Assembly: GCA_018658465.1 (NCBI GenBank)
Contig: JABHVE010000014.1
Location: forward strand, 1-53,224
DNA length: 53,224 nucleotides
DNA from: Alphaproteobacteria bacterium
GTDB taxonomy: Bacteria > Pseudomonadota > Alphaproteobacteria > UBA2966 > CAIVPW01
Direction of reading: 5' to 3'
Position 1 is the first letter of the stretch; each line of letters starts with the position of its first letter. The notes under the pieces were generated by a model that saw only the letters and a program-made list of their open reading frames with translations, had not been told where the DNA came from and did no database searches. Made by a program: the position numbers and the translations under genes. This document shows positions 1 through 9,222 of this stretch, one piece after another.

Positions 1-140
1 AACGCTGTGAATTCAGCGCCGCCGTGCTCCGCCAAAACCTTGGTGATCGCCGCCGTCAGCGTCGTCTTGCCATGATCAACATGGCCAATCGTGCCGACGT
101 TGCAGTGGGGCTTCGTACGTTCAAACTTTTCTTTCGCCAT
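1..140 (-). CDS. tuf: Elongation factor Tu, N-terminal part (runs off the window edge)
   Basis: Reverse strand from ATG at 140 reads [36 protein letters not shown], the EF-Tu N-terminus with the G1 motif. Not in the ORF track. Confidence 0.98.
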   Translation of the reverse strand, partial: MAKEKFERTKPHCNVGTIGHVDHGKTTLTAAITKVLAEHGGAEFTA

Positions 141-230
141 CGCCTGTCATGCCTGTTCAAAAGGGTTGCCGATATCGTGTCGCTGTCTTTTTCGTCTATA
201 TGTGTTCGTGCCGCAAAGCGCCTTAAAATC

Positions 231-304
231 TGGAGCGGGTGACGGGAGTCGAACCCGCGCAACCAGCTTGGAAGGCTGGGGCTCTACCACTGAGCTACAC
301 CCGC
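231..304 (-). tRNA. tRNA-Gly(TCC)
   Basis: Reverse complement GCGGGTGTAGCTCAGTGGTAGAGCCCCAGCCTTCCAAGCTGG...GGTTCGACTCCCGTCACCCGCTCCA; anticodon TCC, encoded CCA end. Confidence 0.97.
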
Positions 305-408
305 GAGCCAATTCTGTTTCTGTTCTCTCTTCGTCCCCGTCTCTTTCATCGCGGAATCCCCCGCAAACTTTTCCTACGCGCCTTCCCGCAATTCAATCCC
401 CACCATAA

Positions 409-494
409 TGGTGGAGGGGGTTGGATTCGAACCAACGTAGGCGTACGCCAACGGGTTTACAGCCCGTCCCATTTAGCCACTCTGGCACCCCTCC
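409..494 (-). tRNA. tRNA-Tyr(GTA)
   Basis: Reverse complement GGAGGGGTGCCAGAGTGGCTAAATGGGACGGGCTGTAAACCCGT...GGTTCGAATCCAACCCCCTCCACCA; anticodon GTA, long variable arm, CCA end. Confidence 0.97.
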
Positions 495-680
495 GAAACC
501 TGAACTGACAAAAATTCGGCAGCGCCAAGTTCGTGTGTCGCACTATGGGAATTCGGTACCCGATGTCAATTGAAACAACGCGAATGGACGCGAAACACCG
601 CCTCACCCGCTAGCATTTTTGCCAACGAACGGAAAAGGCGGTGTTGCGCGCCAGTCACTAGATTAAGTATATGGAGCATC

Positions 681-1508
681 ATGGCACATCGCAAGGGCCG
701 CAAACCCCAAATTTTGCCCCAAAAATCGAACGAGGCTGGCCCAAATAGGCGGCCGTCTGGACGCACAAGAAGATCCAAGGCCTCTGGTCTGTGGATTTAC
801 GGTGTTCATGCGGTGACAGCGGTAATGAGGAACCCTGCCAGAACCATCGAAAGACTGGTTGTGAGCCCCGAAGCTGCGCGCCGATTGGATGCAGAGATTG
901 ACACAGCCGCTGCCGAGCGAAATATCAAACCCGAAGCCCTGAACCAGCGAGGAATTCAAGCGGAACTCCCGGCCGGAGCCGTGCACCAGGGAGTCGCGGT
1001 CCTCACCTCACCGCTGGCAAACCCTGATTTTGAGCAGGTCTGCACCCCAACCCCCGGTGACCGCGCCACCGTGCTGGTGTTGGACCAAATCACCGATCCC
1101 AGAAATTTTGGGGCCATTCTGCGCTCTGCCGGGGCGTTTGGTGCCCTGGCCGTGGTGGCCACTGACCGCCACGCGCCCCCTGAGAGTGGGGCATTGGCGA
1201 AGGCCGCATCCGGGGCCCTGGAAACCGTGCCTGTGGTGCGAGTGACCAACTTGGCCCGGGCATTAGACACCCTTGCAGACCTTGGGTATTGGCGCACTGG
1301 CCTGGCGGCCGAGGGGACCCAGCCATTGATCGCCCGCCCCGACCGATCCGCCATTGCCCTGGTGCTAGGGGCGGAAGGGTCGGGCCTGCGCCGACTAACC
1401 ACCGAGCATTGCGATTCACTTGAGAAAATCCCCGCTGGGGGCCTGAACGTTTCCGTGGCCGCCGCTGTGGCTCTGTACGAATTGACACGGGCGACACACC
1501 AAACCTAG
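681..1508 (+). CDS. rlmB: 23S rRNA (Gm2251) 2'-O-methyltransferase, SpoU/TrmH family
   Basis: Motifs IYGVHAV, HQGV, LDQITDPRNFGAILRS, LVLGAEGSGLR, LNVSVAA. Start set at ATG 681 behind GGAG. Usual neighbour of the tRNA-Tyr-Gly-tuf block. Confidence 0.93.
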   Translation: MAHRKGRKPQILPQKSNEAGPNRRPSGRTRRSKASGLWIYGVHAVTAVMRNPARTIERLVVSPEAARRLDAEIDTAAAERNIKPEALNQRGIQAELPAGAVHQGVAVLTSPLANPDFEQVCTPTPGDRATVLVLDQITDPRNFGAILRSAGAFGALAVVATDRHAPPESGALAKAASGALETVPVVRVTNLARALDTLADLGYWRTGLAAEGTQPLIARPDRSAIALVLGAEGSGLRRLTTEHCDSLEKIPAGGLNVSVAAAVALYELTRATHQT

Positions 1509-1544
1509 AGGTGCGCCGCCCGCTGGGGAGAGTTCCTTACTAAA

Positions 1545-2372
1545 CTAGAGGGCCGGGACCAGACCCAATCCGTCGTCACCCTCGACCGGCGGCTCTGGGT
1601 CAGGCTCTTCCTCGGCCAATTCGGCGAAGCGCAGCAGTTCGGCCATCAATTCATCGAACGTGCCGGACTCCAGGGTGAAGCCATCGGGCAAATTCAGAAC
1701 CAAGCCTTCTTCGGTCGCCAGCAGCTCAGCCTCGGCGATCAGCGCCGCCAACAGTTCCTCATCGACAATCAAGACCTCATCTTCGCCACCACCCGGGGGC
1801 GGTGCTGGGGGCTCGTCGCCCGCCGGGGGCTCACCACCCGCCGGAGGTTCATCACCTGCTGGAGGCTCATCTCCTGCTGGGGGCTCATCATCTACGCCAC
1901 CCTCGTTCGGCGGTTCACCATCTGCACCGTCATTTGTTGGGTCTTCACCTTCGCCGCCGTCACCGGCGCCGGGCTCATCGCCTCCTGGGGGCTCGTCGCC
2001 TGGGGGTTCGCCTCCTGGGGGCTCGTCACCCGGGGGTTCGTCACCTGGGGGTTCGTCACCTGGGGGCTCGTCACCCGGGGGTTCGTCGCCTGGGGGCTCG
2101 TCATCCTTTGGATCATCGTCATCTTTTTCATCGTCGTCATCCTTGTCCTTGTCATCACCAGCTTCTTTCGCTTGTTGCTTCTCCAGCACCTCTTCCAGGC
2201 GCTCTCTGGCCGCCTCTGGTGCTTTTTCCAGCACCCGCTCCAGTGCTGCCGCGGCCTTGCCCTGAGCATGGGCGGCGTTGTCGATGGCGGACAGGCCCAG
2301 AACCAATGCCGCAGCGCCAGCCCACACCAAGCCTTGGGATAGAGACGTATTGTTCATCAAGGTACGTTTCAT
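1545..2372 (-). CDS. Secreted acidic Pro/Gly-rich repeat protein, function unknown
   Basis: GGAG RBS before ATG 2372; hydrophobic signal ending AHA-Q; short helical segment; poly-Asp; GDEPP and GDEPPA arrays; acidic C-terminus. Confidence 0.75.
   Translation of the reverse strand: MKRTLMNNTSLSQGLVWAGAAALVLGLSAIDNAAHAQGKAAAALERVLEKAPEAARERLEEVLEKQQAKEAGDDKDKDDDDEKDDDDPKDDEPPGDEPPGDEPPGDEPPGDEPPGDEPPGGEPPGDEPPGGDEPGAGDGGEGEDPTNDGADGEPPNEGGVDDEPPAGDEPPAGDEPPAGGEPPAGDEPPAPPPGGGEDEVLIVDEELLAALIAEAELLATEEGLVLNLPDGFTLESGTFDELMAELLRFAELAEEEPDPEPPVEGDDGLGLVPAL
1803..1892 (-). repeat. 5 x 18-bp coding tandem repeat (GDEPPA-like)
   Basis: Translates as DDEPPA-GDEPPA-GDEPPA-GGEPPA-GDEPPA. Confidence 0.9.
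1986..2105 (-). repeat. 8 x 15-bp coding tandem repeat (GDEPP-like)
   Basis: Plus-strand units such as GGGGGCTCGTCACCT and GGGGGTTCGTCACCT; translates as DDEPP, GDEPP x5, GGEPP, GDEPP. Confidence 0.92.
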
Positions 2373-2519
2373 GGGTCTCTCCAAAATGGTTCGAAGCACC
2401 TCCGCGGTGCCCCGGTCCTGTAAACGTAGGGATGCGGACTCCGCCAAAGAATTGACGGATGAACATTTCGACCCGGATTTTGTGTTACCCCGTCACAGGT
2501 GACAGGCGTTTTGGCCGCC

Positions 2520-2978
2520 TTAAGAGTGACGCCCCATCTTTTCCAGATAGCGCTGGTGATATTCCTCGGCCCGGAAGAACGGTCGGGCCGATGTGATTTC
2601 GGTGGCGATACCCCGGGGGAAGCGGCCAGATGAGTTCAACGCTGCCACGGCCTGCCGCGCAGTTTCGGCCTGGTCATCGTCATAGGTGAAAATTGCGGAC
2701 CGGTATTGGGAACCGATATCGGGGCCTTGGGCGTCCTTTTGGGTGGGGTCGTGGACGTCCCAGAACAGATCCAGAAGTTCACGGTAAGAGACGACTTCGG
2801 GATCAAATTCCACCTCCACAGCCTCCGCATGGCCGGTGGTGCCGGAGCACACTTGCTCGTAAGTGGGATTGGCAAGGGCCCCGCCGGTGTATCCAGAGGT
2901 GGCTAGATCGACCCCCGCGCGTTTGGCGAAGGCCGCTTCAACCTGCCAAAAACACCCCGCTGCGAATGATGCCTTCAT
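2520..2978 (-). CDS. msrA: Peptide methionine sulfoxide reductase MsrA
   Basis: Motifs [46 protein letters not shown]. Start set at ATG 2978. Confidence 0.96.
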   Translation of the reverse strand: MKASFAAGCFWQVEAAFAKRAGVDLATSGYTGGALANPTYEQVCSGTTGHAEAVEVEFDPEVVSYRELLDLFWDVHDPTQKDAQGPDIGSQYRSAIFTYDDDQAETARQAVAALNSSGRFPRGIATEITSARPFFRAEEYHQRYLEKMGRHS

Positions 2979-3088
2979 GTGTTTGTTCCGATCCGCCCTG
3001 GTTGGCCCGCATAAGGCTGATATTCGCCCGACCGGTGAAATTTGCAAGGTTTCTCCACCGCCGTCCCGGGCGTGGTAAGACTTCGCCC

Positions 3089-5116
3089 ATGGATCGCAAC
3101 CAAACATCGTTGCTGCGCGGAATGGCCCTTGGGGCGATTGCAGCCATCGCTGTGGCCTTCCCGGCCCACGCCCAGACATCGAGCCTGGGAGGCGCCATCG
3201 CCGCCCTGACCGATCAACTGTCTGCATTTGCCACATCCTTGTTCGAAGGCGAAAGCCTTTCCGTTTGGCTGGGCGCGCAATTTGAGGCGCCTCAGGGGCA
3301 GATTTGGGTTGATCTGGCGTGGATCACCGCAGTCGCCGTTATTGTGGGCTGGGGGCTGGCGTTCGTTTCCCGCCTCGCACTGAGCTCCACCATCCGCCGC
3401 GTCGAGGTAGGCGAGGCCCGCGTGTGGTGGGTGCGCATCCCCATGGCCTTGGGCCGTTTCCTGCTGGTTTCGATCCCCGCCGTCGTGTTCGCCGCAGTCG
3501 GGGCCGGGGTGCTGGTCTATTTAGCCCCCGATGACGTGGTGCGCCAGGGAGCCTTGACCTTTATTTCCTTCGTCACCGCAGCGTGGCTTGGGGTGGCATT
3601 GGCCAAAGCGATTTTCGCCCCTTTGGTGCCGTCGTTGCGCCCGGTCCCCTTGGGCGATGCCCAAGCCGTATATCTGTTTGTCTGGTCCCGACGGCTGATC
3701 AATGTCTTGGTGTTCAGCGCCGTGGTGGTGGAAATCGCCGAGGTCATGGCCATGCCCCAATCGGCCACGTTGCTGCTGGCAAAGGCATTAGGGCTAGTCG
3801 TGGCGTTGTTGATCGTCACCGTGATTTTGCAATCCCGAGCCACCGTCGGCCAGTGGATCGAGGGCGAAAAGGGTGGCCCCGCCGGATGGCGGCTGTTCCG
3901 AGCCCGTCTTGGAGATGTGTGGCACGTTTTGGCGATTCTGTACGTGGCCACCGCCTGGACCGTGTGGACCATCGCGATCCCGGGGGGGTTCGACTTCGTC
4001 GCCGGAAACACTGCCTCCACTGCCGCTATCGTCGCCGTGGCGTGGGTCGCCTCCTGGGCCACGCGCCTTGGATTGCAACGGTTGTTCGGGATCGGCAAAC
4101 AAATTCGCGCGCGCTATCCGTTTGTCACGGAACGGGCAAACTTATACCTGCCCATGGTACGCAGAATTTTGGTGGCGGTGATCCAAGTGATTGCCGGACT
4201 CACCATTTTACGGGTTTGGGGCCTGGATGTATGGAGCCTGTTGGCCACCGATCTTGGGCGCGCCCTGTCTGAACGGGCCATTGGTATCGCCGTGATATTG
4301 GCGGTGGCCTTGTTGGCCTGGGAAGCTTCCAGCGCCGCCATCCGCATCTACATGGAACGCACCGACGACGACGGACAACCCATTGTCCGATCCAAACGAG
4401 CCAGGACATTGTTGCCGCTGATCCGTAATGCTCTGTTGGTGCTGATTGGGGTGATGACCGCCATGGTGATTTTGGCGGAATTGGGGGTCAGCATCGGTCC
4501 CTTGTTGGCCGGGGCTGGGGTCGCCGGATTGGCCGTGGGATTTGGTGCCCAAACCCTGGTCAAAGACTTCATCACCGGAATGTTCATTCTGATCGAAGAT
4601 TCCATTCACGTGGGGGATGTTGTGCGGGTGGCCGGTAAGGCTGGCACCGTAGAGGCCCTGACCGTGCGCACCGTGCGCATGCGGGATTTGGGCGGTGTCG
4701 TCCACACCGTGCCGTTTTCCAGCGTCGACGTGATCGAAAATATGACCAAAGAGTATTCCCAGGCGGTCATCGATGTGGGGGTGGGCTACCGGGAAAACTA
4801 TGACGAGGTGGTGGAGGTTCTGAAGGCCATCTCGGAAGACATGCGCGCCGACCCAGATTTGGGCCCCAAAATCTTGGAGCCTATGTTGGTGCTGGGCCTA
4901 AACGAATTAGCCGATTCAGCGGTTATGATCCGGGTCCGGATCAAAACGGAACCCTCTCAACAATGGGCCATGCGCCGTGAATTCAATCGCCGGGTCAAAC
5001 AGCGGTTTGATGAACTGGGGATCGAAATCCCCTATCCCCACCGCACCGTGTATTTCGGCGAAGACGCCCAAGGCAATGCCCCGCCGCTGCGCCATCGCGC
5101 GGAGCCTAAACCCTAG
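3089..5116 (+). CDS. Large MscS-family mechanosensitive channel (YbiO-like)
   Basis: Signal peptide, many TM helices, then MscS core [26 protein letters not shown]...VGDVV...GIEIPYP. Confidence 0.92.
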   Translation: MDRNQTSLLRGMALGAIAAIAVAFPAHAQTSSLGGAIAALTDQLSAFATSLFEGESLSVWLGAQFEAPQGQIWVDLAWITAVAVIVGWGLAFVSRLALSSTIRRVEVGEARVWWVRIPMALGRFLLVSIPAVVFAAVGAGVLVYLAPDDVVRQGALTFISFVTAAWLGVALAKAIFAPLVPSLRPVPLGDAQAVYLFVWSRRLINVLVFSAVVVEIAEVMAMPQSATLLLAKALGLVVALLIVTVILQSRATVGQWIEGEKGGPAGWRLFRARLGDVWHVLAILYVATAWTVWTIAIPGGFDFVAGNTASTAAIVAVAWVASWATRLGLQRLFGIGKQIRARYPFVTERANLYLPMVRRILVAVIQVIAGLTILRVWGLDVWSLLATDLGRALSERAIGIAVILAVALLAWEASSAAIRIYMERTDDDGQPIVRSKRARTLLPLIRNALLVLIGVMTAMVILAELGVSIGPLLAGAGVAGLAVGFGAQTLVKDFITGMFILIEDSIHVGDVVRVAGKAGTVEALTVRTVRMRDLGGVVHTVPFSSVDVIENMTKEYSQAVIDVGVGYRENYDEVVEVLKAISEDMRADPDLGPKILEPMLVLGLNELADSAVMIRVRIKTEPSQQWAMRREFNRRVKQRFDELGIEIPYPHRTVYFGEDAQGNAPPLRHRAEPKP

Positions 5117-5118
5117 GG

Positions 5119-5445
5119 CTATTCAATAAAGGCGTTGGCCCCGTCGTTTGCCGCGCGTCTTGACAAGGTGTCGGAAAATTCAAGGCCTTCACACAGATCC
5201 ATCACCCGGGTTTGGGCGCGGCTGGCGTTGGTCACCGCATCCTGGAAATGTTGGCGGTCCAGCATCATGAATACGGCGCCACAGGCCATGCGGTTTTGCT
5301 CGCGCACATTCGCTTCGGCGTAGACCGCACCGACCAGCATGGCCAACAACACCCAGCCGATCGGCGTTTTAAGGAACGACGCCACATTGCCACGGGACCA
5401 CCAGGGCTTGAGTTCAATGGAGGCTGTCAGGGTGCGGTCGTTCAC
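5119..5445 (-). CDS. Small membrane-anchored two-Cys protein B2 (108 aa), paralog of 5860..6201
   Basis: GTG start overlaps the upstream TGA (GTGA). Shares FLKTP-x-x-WV, CGAV-x-x-MLDRQ and CEG with B1. Confidence 0.75.
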   Translation of the reverse strand: MNDRTLTASIELKPWWSRGNVASFLKTPIGWVLLAMLVGAVYAEANVREQNRMACGAVFMMLDRQHFQDAVTNASRAQTRVMDLCEGLEFSDTLSRRAANDGANAFIE

Positions 5446-5798
5446 AGGACGCTCACATTGCCGCGTCTGGTGCGGCACACCTGCGGGAAGCTGGCCAAGG
5501 CACCATCGGACCAATGGGCCCGTCCGCCAGTACGGCAGTCGGACAATGGCCACCGGTAAACATAGTTTTCGGGGATGCGCCCGGCGCATATGTCAAAGGC
5601 GATGTTTTCGTACCGACCGACAAAATATTCTGGGATACCGGTGGCACCGACGACCACCGGGCTTAGGGCGACACAGGTTGCCGAAAAATTTCGGTCATTG
5701 CGGGCCGCGGTGGCGGAAACAAATGCAATCAGCACCACGATCCCCCAGGTGACTGGGTTGGTGGCCAGTTTGCGATTAAAACCGATCCAAGAAAGCAT
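5442..5798 (-). CDS. Small membrane-anchored four-Cys protein A2 (118 aa), paralog of 6198..6557
   Basis: N-terminal hydrophobic helix. Shares SPVVVG, VGRYE, WPLSDCR-x-GGRA-x-WSDG, FPQVCR and RGNVSVL with A1. Confidence 0.8.
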   Translation of the reverse strand: MLSWIGFNRKLATNPVTWGIVVLIAFVSATAARNDRNFSATCVALSPVVVGATGIPEYFVGRYENIAFDICAGRIPENYVYRWPLSDCRTGGRAHWSDGALASFPQVCRTRRGNVSVL

Positions 5799-5859
5799 GT
5801 TTGTTTGTTACCACGCTGGGGGCGACTAACAATCCCAATCCCCGCACATCGCTAAATTT

Positions 5860-6201
5860 TTACTCGGGTTCGAACCAATCCGCACCGACCAAACCACCGC
5901 GCAGATCCAAACTATCCGGCTGGGCAAAACCTTCGCAGGCCCGCATGAACCGGGCTTTGGTGCGGGAAACCCCATCGTATTCTCCGGTGAACAATTGCCG
6001 ATCAAGCATGACCGACACTGCCCCGCAAACGACCCGGGTTTCGGCCCGCACCGAGGCATCCATGGAGGCAAACCCAACCAGGGCCGTCAGCATCACCCAC
6101 GCCAAAGGCGTTTTCAGAAACGCTTTCAAATGGCCACGCGATGGCGGCCACAAGGCGATGCTCGCCGGGATGCGAGTCTGTGGCGCGGCGCTATCGGTCA
6201 T
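5860..6201 (-). CDS. Small membrane-anchored two-Cys protein B1 (113 aa)
   Basis: ATG overlaps the stop of A1 (ATGA at 6198-6201); TM segment LAWVMLTALVGFA; clear paralog of B2. Confidence 0.75.
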   Translation of the reverse strand: MTDSAAPQTRIPASIALWPPSRGHLKAFLKTPLAWVMLTALVGFASMDASVRAETRVVCGAVSVMLDRQLFTGEYDGVSRTKARFMRACEGFAQPDSLDLRGGLVGADWFEPE

Positions 6202-6557
6202 AGGACGCTCACATTGCCGCGGTTGTGACGACAAACCTGGGGGAACGCGGCCAAAGTGCCATCGGACCACATGGCCCGTCCCCCTGGGCGGCAGTCAGAC
6301 AGCGGCCAGGCGTCTATGTAATTGTCGGGAATGCGTTCACGTCCGCACGTTTCATAGGCGATGCGTTCGTACCGGCCCACATAGTACCCGTCTGCACCCG
6401 TGCCACCCACCACAACGGGGGAGATAACCTCGCAGGTATAAGTCAGATGCAGATCACTGCGGCTAGCCGCAGCACCAGCGATCAGCACCAACACCAGCGC
6501 CCCAAGGGTCACAGGGTTGGTCACAAACGAACGATTTATTCCGAGCCAAGAAAGCAT
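6198..6557 (-). CDS. Small membrane-anchored four-Cys protein A1 (119 aa)
   Basis: Start MLSWLG aligns with the A2 start MLSWIG; TM helix; four conserved Cys. Confidence 0.8.
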   Translation of the reverse strand: MLSWLGINRSFVTNPVTLGALVLVLIAGAAASRSDLHLTYTCEVISPVVVGGTGADGYYVGRYERIAYETCGRERIPDNYIDAWPLSDCRPGGRAMWSDGTLAAFPQVCRHNRGNVSVL

Positions 6558-6636
6558 GGGACCGTCATACCACAAGTCATGCCACAAATTGAATGGTTGG
6601 GTGAACTAGGCCCAGGGCCTTTAGTGAAACGTTGCC

Positions 6637-7740
6637 CTAATTGGCGGCTGGAGATGGGCCGTCTGCGCCGCCAGACAAGTTTCCCGAAACCTGGGGATCG
6701 CTGATGATTGGAAAATCCAGCCAGAATTCGCTGCCCTTGCCCATTGCGCTGTGAAACCCAATGCGCCCACCCATGTCTTCGACCATCCGCTTGGTCAGGG
6801 TCAAACCCATGCCCGTGCCTTCAAAATCTGAGTTTTCCTGACCCAATCGCTGAAAGGGCTCAAACACTTGGGACTGCAAATCTTCGGGGATTCCTTGGCC
6901 GGAATCCTTCACCGTGATGCGCAAAGACAAGTCTTGGGTTTCCAACGTGGAAAGGCTGACCGAGCCGCCGGATTGGTTATATTTCACGGCATTGGACAAC
7001 AGATTGAGCAACGCCTGTTTCAGCGCCACCTTATCAACGCTGATAACAGGCAACGATCCCGCCCCGACATTGTCGTGAAAGGTCACGCTGCCCCGGTCAG
7101 CCAAGGCCTCGGCGACCACCGCACATTCATGGATGACTTGGCCCGGATCCACATCCGAGACCTCCAAATCATGGGTGCCGGATTCGATCTGGGCTAGATC
7201 CAACAGGCCGTTGATCAGCCCCATCAAATGAGTGCCAGAATCCAAAATATGCTCGATGGCCTCGTCTTGGGGTTTGCTCAAGGGCTGGTAAACCCCGGCT
7301 TGCAGCATTTGGCCAAACCCCAAAATCGCGTTCAGGGGCGTGCGCAACTCGTGGCTCATGGACAGCAAAAATTTTGATTTGGCGACGTTGGCCGATTCGG
7401 CAGCGTTGCGTTCTTGGGAAACCCGCACGACGGTCACAAGTGTTGCGGCGGCCCAAACGGCAAATCCAGCCAACATGCGGTTCATCACCACCACCCAGGC
7501 CACTCCGCCCGGGGGCGACAGCAAGTACCCGGCGACAATCAGGCCAGTGGCAATGGCAGCCAGTACTAGAACGGCTCTTTTTTGGGGAAACCACCACCCC
7601 ACCATGACCAAAGCCACATAGGGGACTCCGCCCGCCACCCCCAATGGCAAAGACAAATCCACGAAAAAGACCAGCCCGGCAACGACGACAGCCGAGGTAA
7701 TCAAAAGTCTTGGATCAAGATGGGAGCGTGTCGGAATCAT
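6637..7740 (-). CDS. Membrane sensor histidine kinase (about 4 TM, HisKA, HATPase_c), orphan
   Basis: H-box SMSHELRTPLNAILGF, N-box NLLSNAVKYN, G1 DSGQGI, F-box FEPF, G2 GTGMGL. Confidence 0.95.
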   Translation of the reverse strand: MIPTRSHLDPRLLITSAVVVAGLVFFVDLSLPLGVAGGVPYVALVMVGWWFPQKRAVLVLAAIATGLIVAGYLLSPPGGVAWVVVMNRMLAGFAVWAAATLVTVVRVSQERNAAESANVAKSKFLLSMSHELRTPLNAILGFGQMLQAGVYQPLSKPQDEAIEHILDSGTHLMGLINGLLDLAQIESGTHDLEVSDVDPGQVIHECAVVAEALADRGSVTFHDNVGAGSLPVISVDKVALKQALLNLLSNAVKYNQSGGSVSLSTLETQDLSLRITVKDSGQGIPEDLQSQVFEPFQRLGQENSDFEGTGMGLTLTKRMVEDMGGRIGFHSAMGKGSEFWLDFPIISDPQVSGNLSGGADGPSPAAN

Positions 7741-7916
7741 CGCGGGCAGGAACTCTCAGACCAAATCGGTTGGCATCCCCCCCCCAGAGGATCGAAAGGA
7801 TACGGTAACCCTCAAATATTAAGGGATTGTTGCCCCTGTAGACTGAGGCACCCAGGCGACGGCGCGTTCGCGATGACCTTCACCGTCACCGCCGCCATGT
7901 GCTATAGCCGCCCTTG

Positions 7917-7992
<76 letters not shown>

Positions 7993-8009
7993 TATTTTCT
8001 GCCCAAAAT

Positions 8010-8252
8010 TTAGGCCGTGGGATTATCGAACCGCGACAACAGGCGGCGTATTTCCATATCGCGCGGGGCGAACCCGGTCAGCGCTGCGTTGAGCTCTTTA
8101 AAAAGCCCCGGCAAATCGGGATCACCAAGATCGTCGGTGTTTTGACGCAAGGCATCCAAGAACCCTTGGTACAGATCATGGCTGGCACGCAGCAGCATCA
8201 ATGACTGGCTCATGTCGGCTGGCAGTTGCGGGATTATCGGGTCGTCGGCCAT
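8010..8252 (-). CDS. Small helical hypothetical protein (80 aa)
   Basis: ATG at 8252 preceded by AGAAGGGA; fills the gap between tRNA-Thr and the Sel1 gene. Confidence 0.55.
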   Translation of the reverse strand: MADDPIIPQLPADMSQSLMLLRASHDLYQGFLDALRQNTDDLGDPDLPGLFKELNAALTGFAPRDMEIRRLLSRFDNPTA

Positions 8253-8345
8253 CAAAAAGTTCCCTTCTAAAAAAATCGACGGTGCCCGCGCCCGACCACC
8301 GAATGCTGTAGGATACCCATTGGAGCCAAATCGACGGAGCTGAAA

Positions 8346-9197
8346 TTGCGATCCGATAAGATATTTGTGTGGCTGATCGGGGCTTTCCTGATCGGCGGCG
8401 TCGCCGTTGTGTCGACAATTGCCATCCGCACGGTCCCCTATGGTGGCGATCCCGAGGCGGCATTTGCAGCCGAAGATTACGACGCGGCTCTGGAATTCTG
8501 GCAGGCCCAGGCAGTGGACGGTGACGCACGGGCACTGATCCAAATTGGCTTGATGTACGAAAATTCATTGGGGGTTTTCGAAGATTTCCCCAAGGCCGCC
8601 GAATCCTATCTCCGCGCCGCCGAACTGGGCCAAGCCGATGGCTATTCGAAACTGGGTGCGTTGTACGAACAGGGCCGGGGGTTCGACACAGACATGGACG
8701 AAGCCATGCGCCTGTACGGAATGGCAGCGGACCAAGGCGATGCCCAGGGGCAATTCAAATTGGGGGCATTTTACGAGATTGGCCGCTATACCCAACGGAG
8801 TTACGACGAAGCGGCCCGGCTTTACGCATTGGCCGCGAATCAGGGGCATTCGGACGCCCAGGTCAGCCTTGGATCGCTGTATTTGGCCGGGCGCGGCGTC
8901 GAGCGAAATAATCGCGAAGCGGCAAAGTGGTACCGCGCCGCAGCCGAGGGCGGCAATGCTGGGGGCCAGTTCAGCATGGGGATTTTGTTCGAAAACGGAA
9001 TCACGGTTCCCCGCGATTATGTCCAGGCATATGCGTGGTATCGTCTGGCTGCGGTTCAGGAATACGGGGGCGCGGCCCGAAGCTTGTCCACCATCGAAGA
9101 ACAGCTGTCGCCGCCGGAGCTAGAACGGGCCAAAACATTGTCCGTGGAAATGTGGGAACTGTATGTGGCCCCGTTCCAAAATGGGGCCGAAGGCTAA
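8346..9197 (+). CDS. Sel1-repeat protein with N-terminal membrane anchor
   Basis: Repeated A-x-x-x-LG-x-x-Y-x-x-G-x-G...A-x-x-WY-x-x-AA-x-x-G pattern. TTG start is uncertain. Confidence 0.92.
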   Translation: MRSDKIFVWLIGAFLIGGVAVVSTIAIRTVPYGGDPEAAFAAEDYDAALEFWQAQAVDGDARALIQIGLMYENSLGVFEDFPKAAESYLRAAELGQADGYSKLGALYEQGRGFDTDMDEAMRLYGMAADQGDAQGQFKLGAFYEIGRYTQRSYDEAARLYALAANQGHSDAQVSLGSLYLAGRGVERNNREAAKWYRAAAEGGNAGGQFSMGILFENGITVPRDYVQAYAWYRLAAVQEYGGAARSLSTIEEQLSPPELERAKTLSVEMWELYVAPFQNGAEG

Positions 9198-9222
9198 CCG
9201 GATAAAGAGAAGGAAGCGCGGA

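Noticed and set aside
24-508. Short ORFs across the tRNA genes and the tuf start
   Set aside because: They overlap tRNA-Gly, tRNA-Tyr and tuf, so they are spurious.
1803-2105. Short tandem repeats as a CRISPR array
   Set aside because: Units are contiguous 15- or 18-mers with no spacers, in frame within a CDS, and there are no cas genes.
1660-2455. Plus-strand Ser/Gly- or Arg/His-rich ORFs
   Set aside because: Antisense shadows of the repeat gene; only the minus frame has an RBS and signal peptide.
2481-2497. Second CRP-like site (TGTTA-CCCCG-TCACA)
   Set aside because: The spacer is 5 nt and the left half-site is imperfect; too weak to call.
5119-6557. A/B proteins as type IV or Flp pilins, or as a toxin-antitoxin pair
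   Set aside because: No G|FxxxE prepilin motif, no pilus assembly genes, and no recognisable toxin motif.
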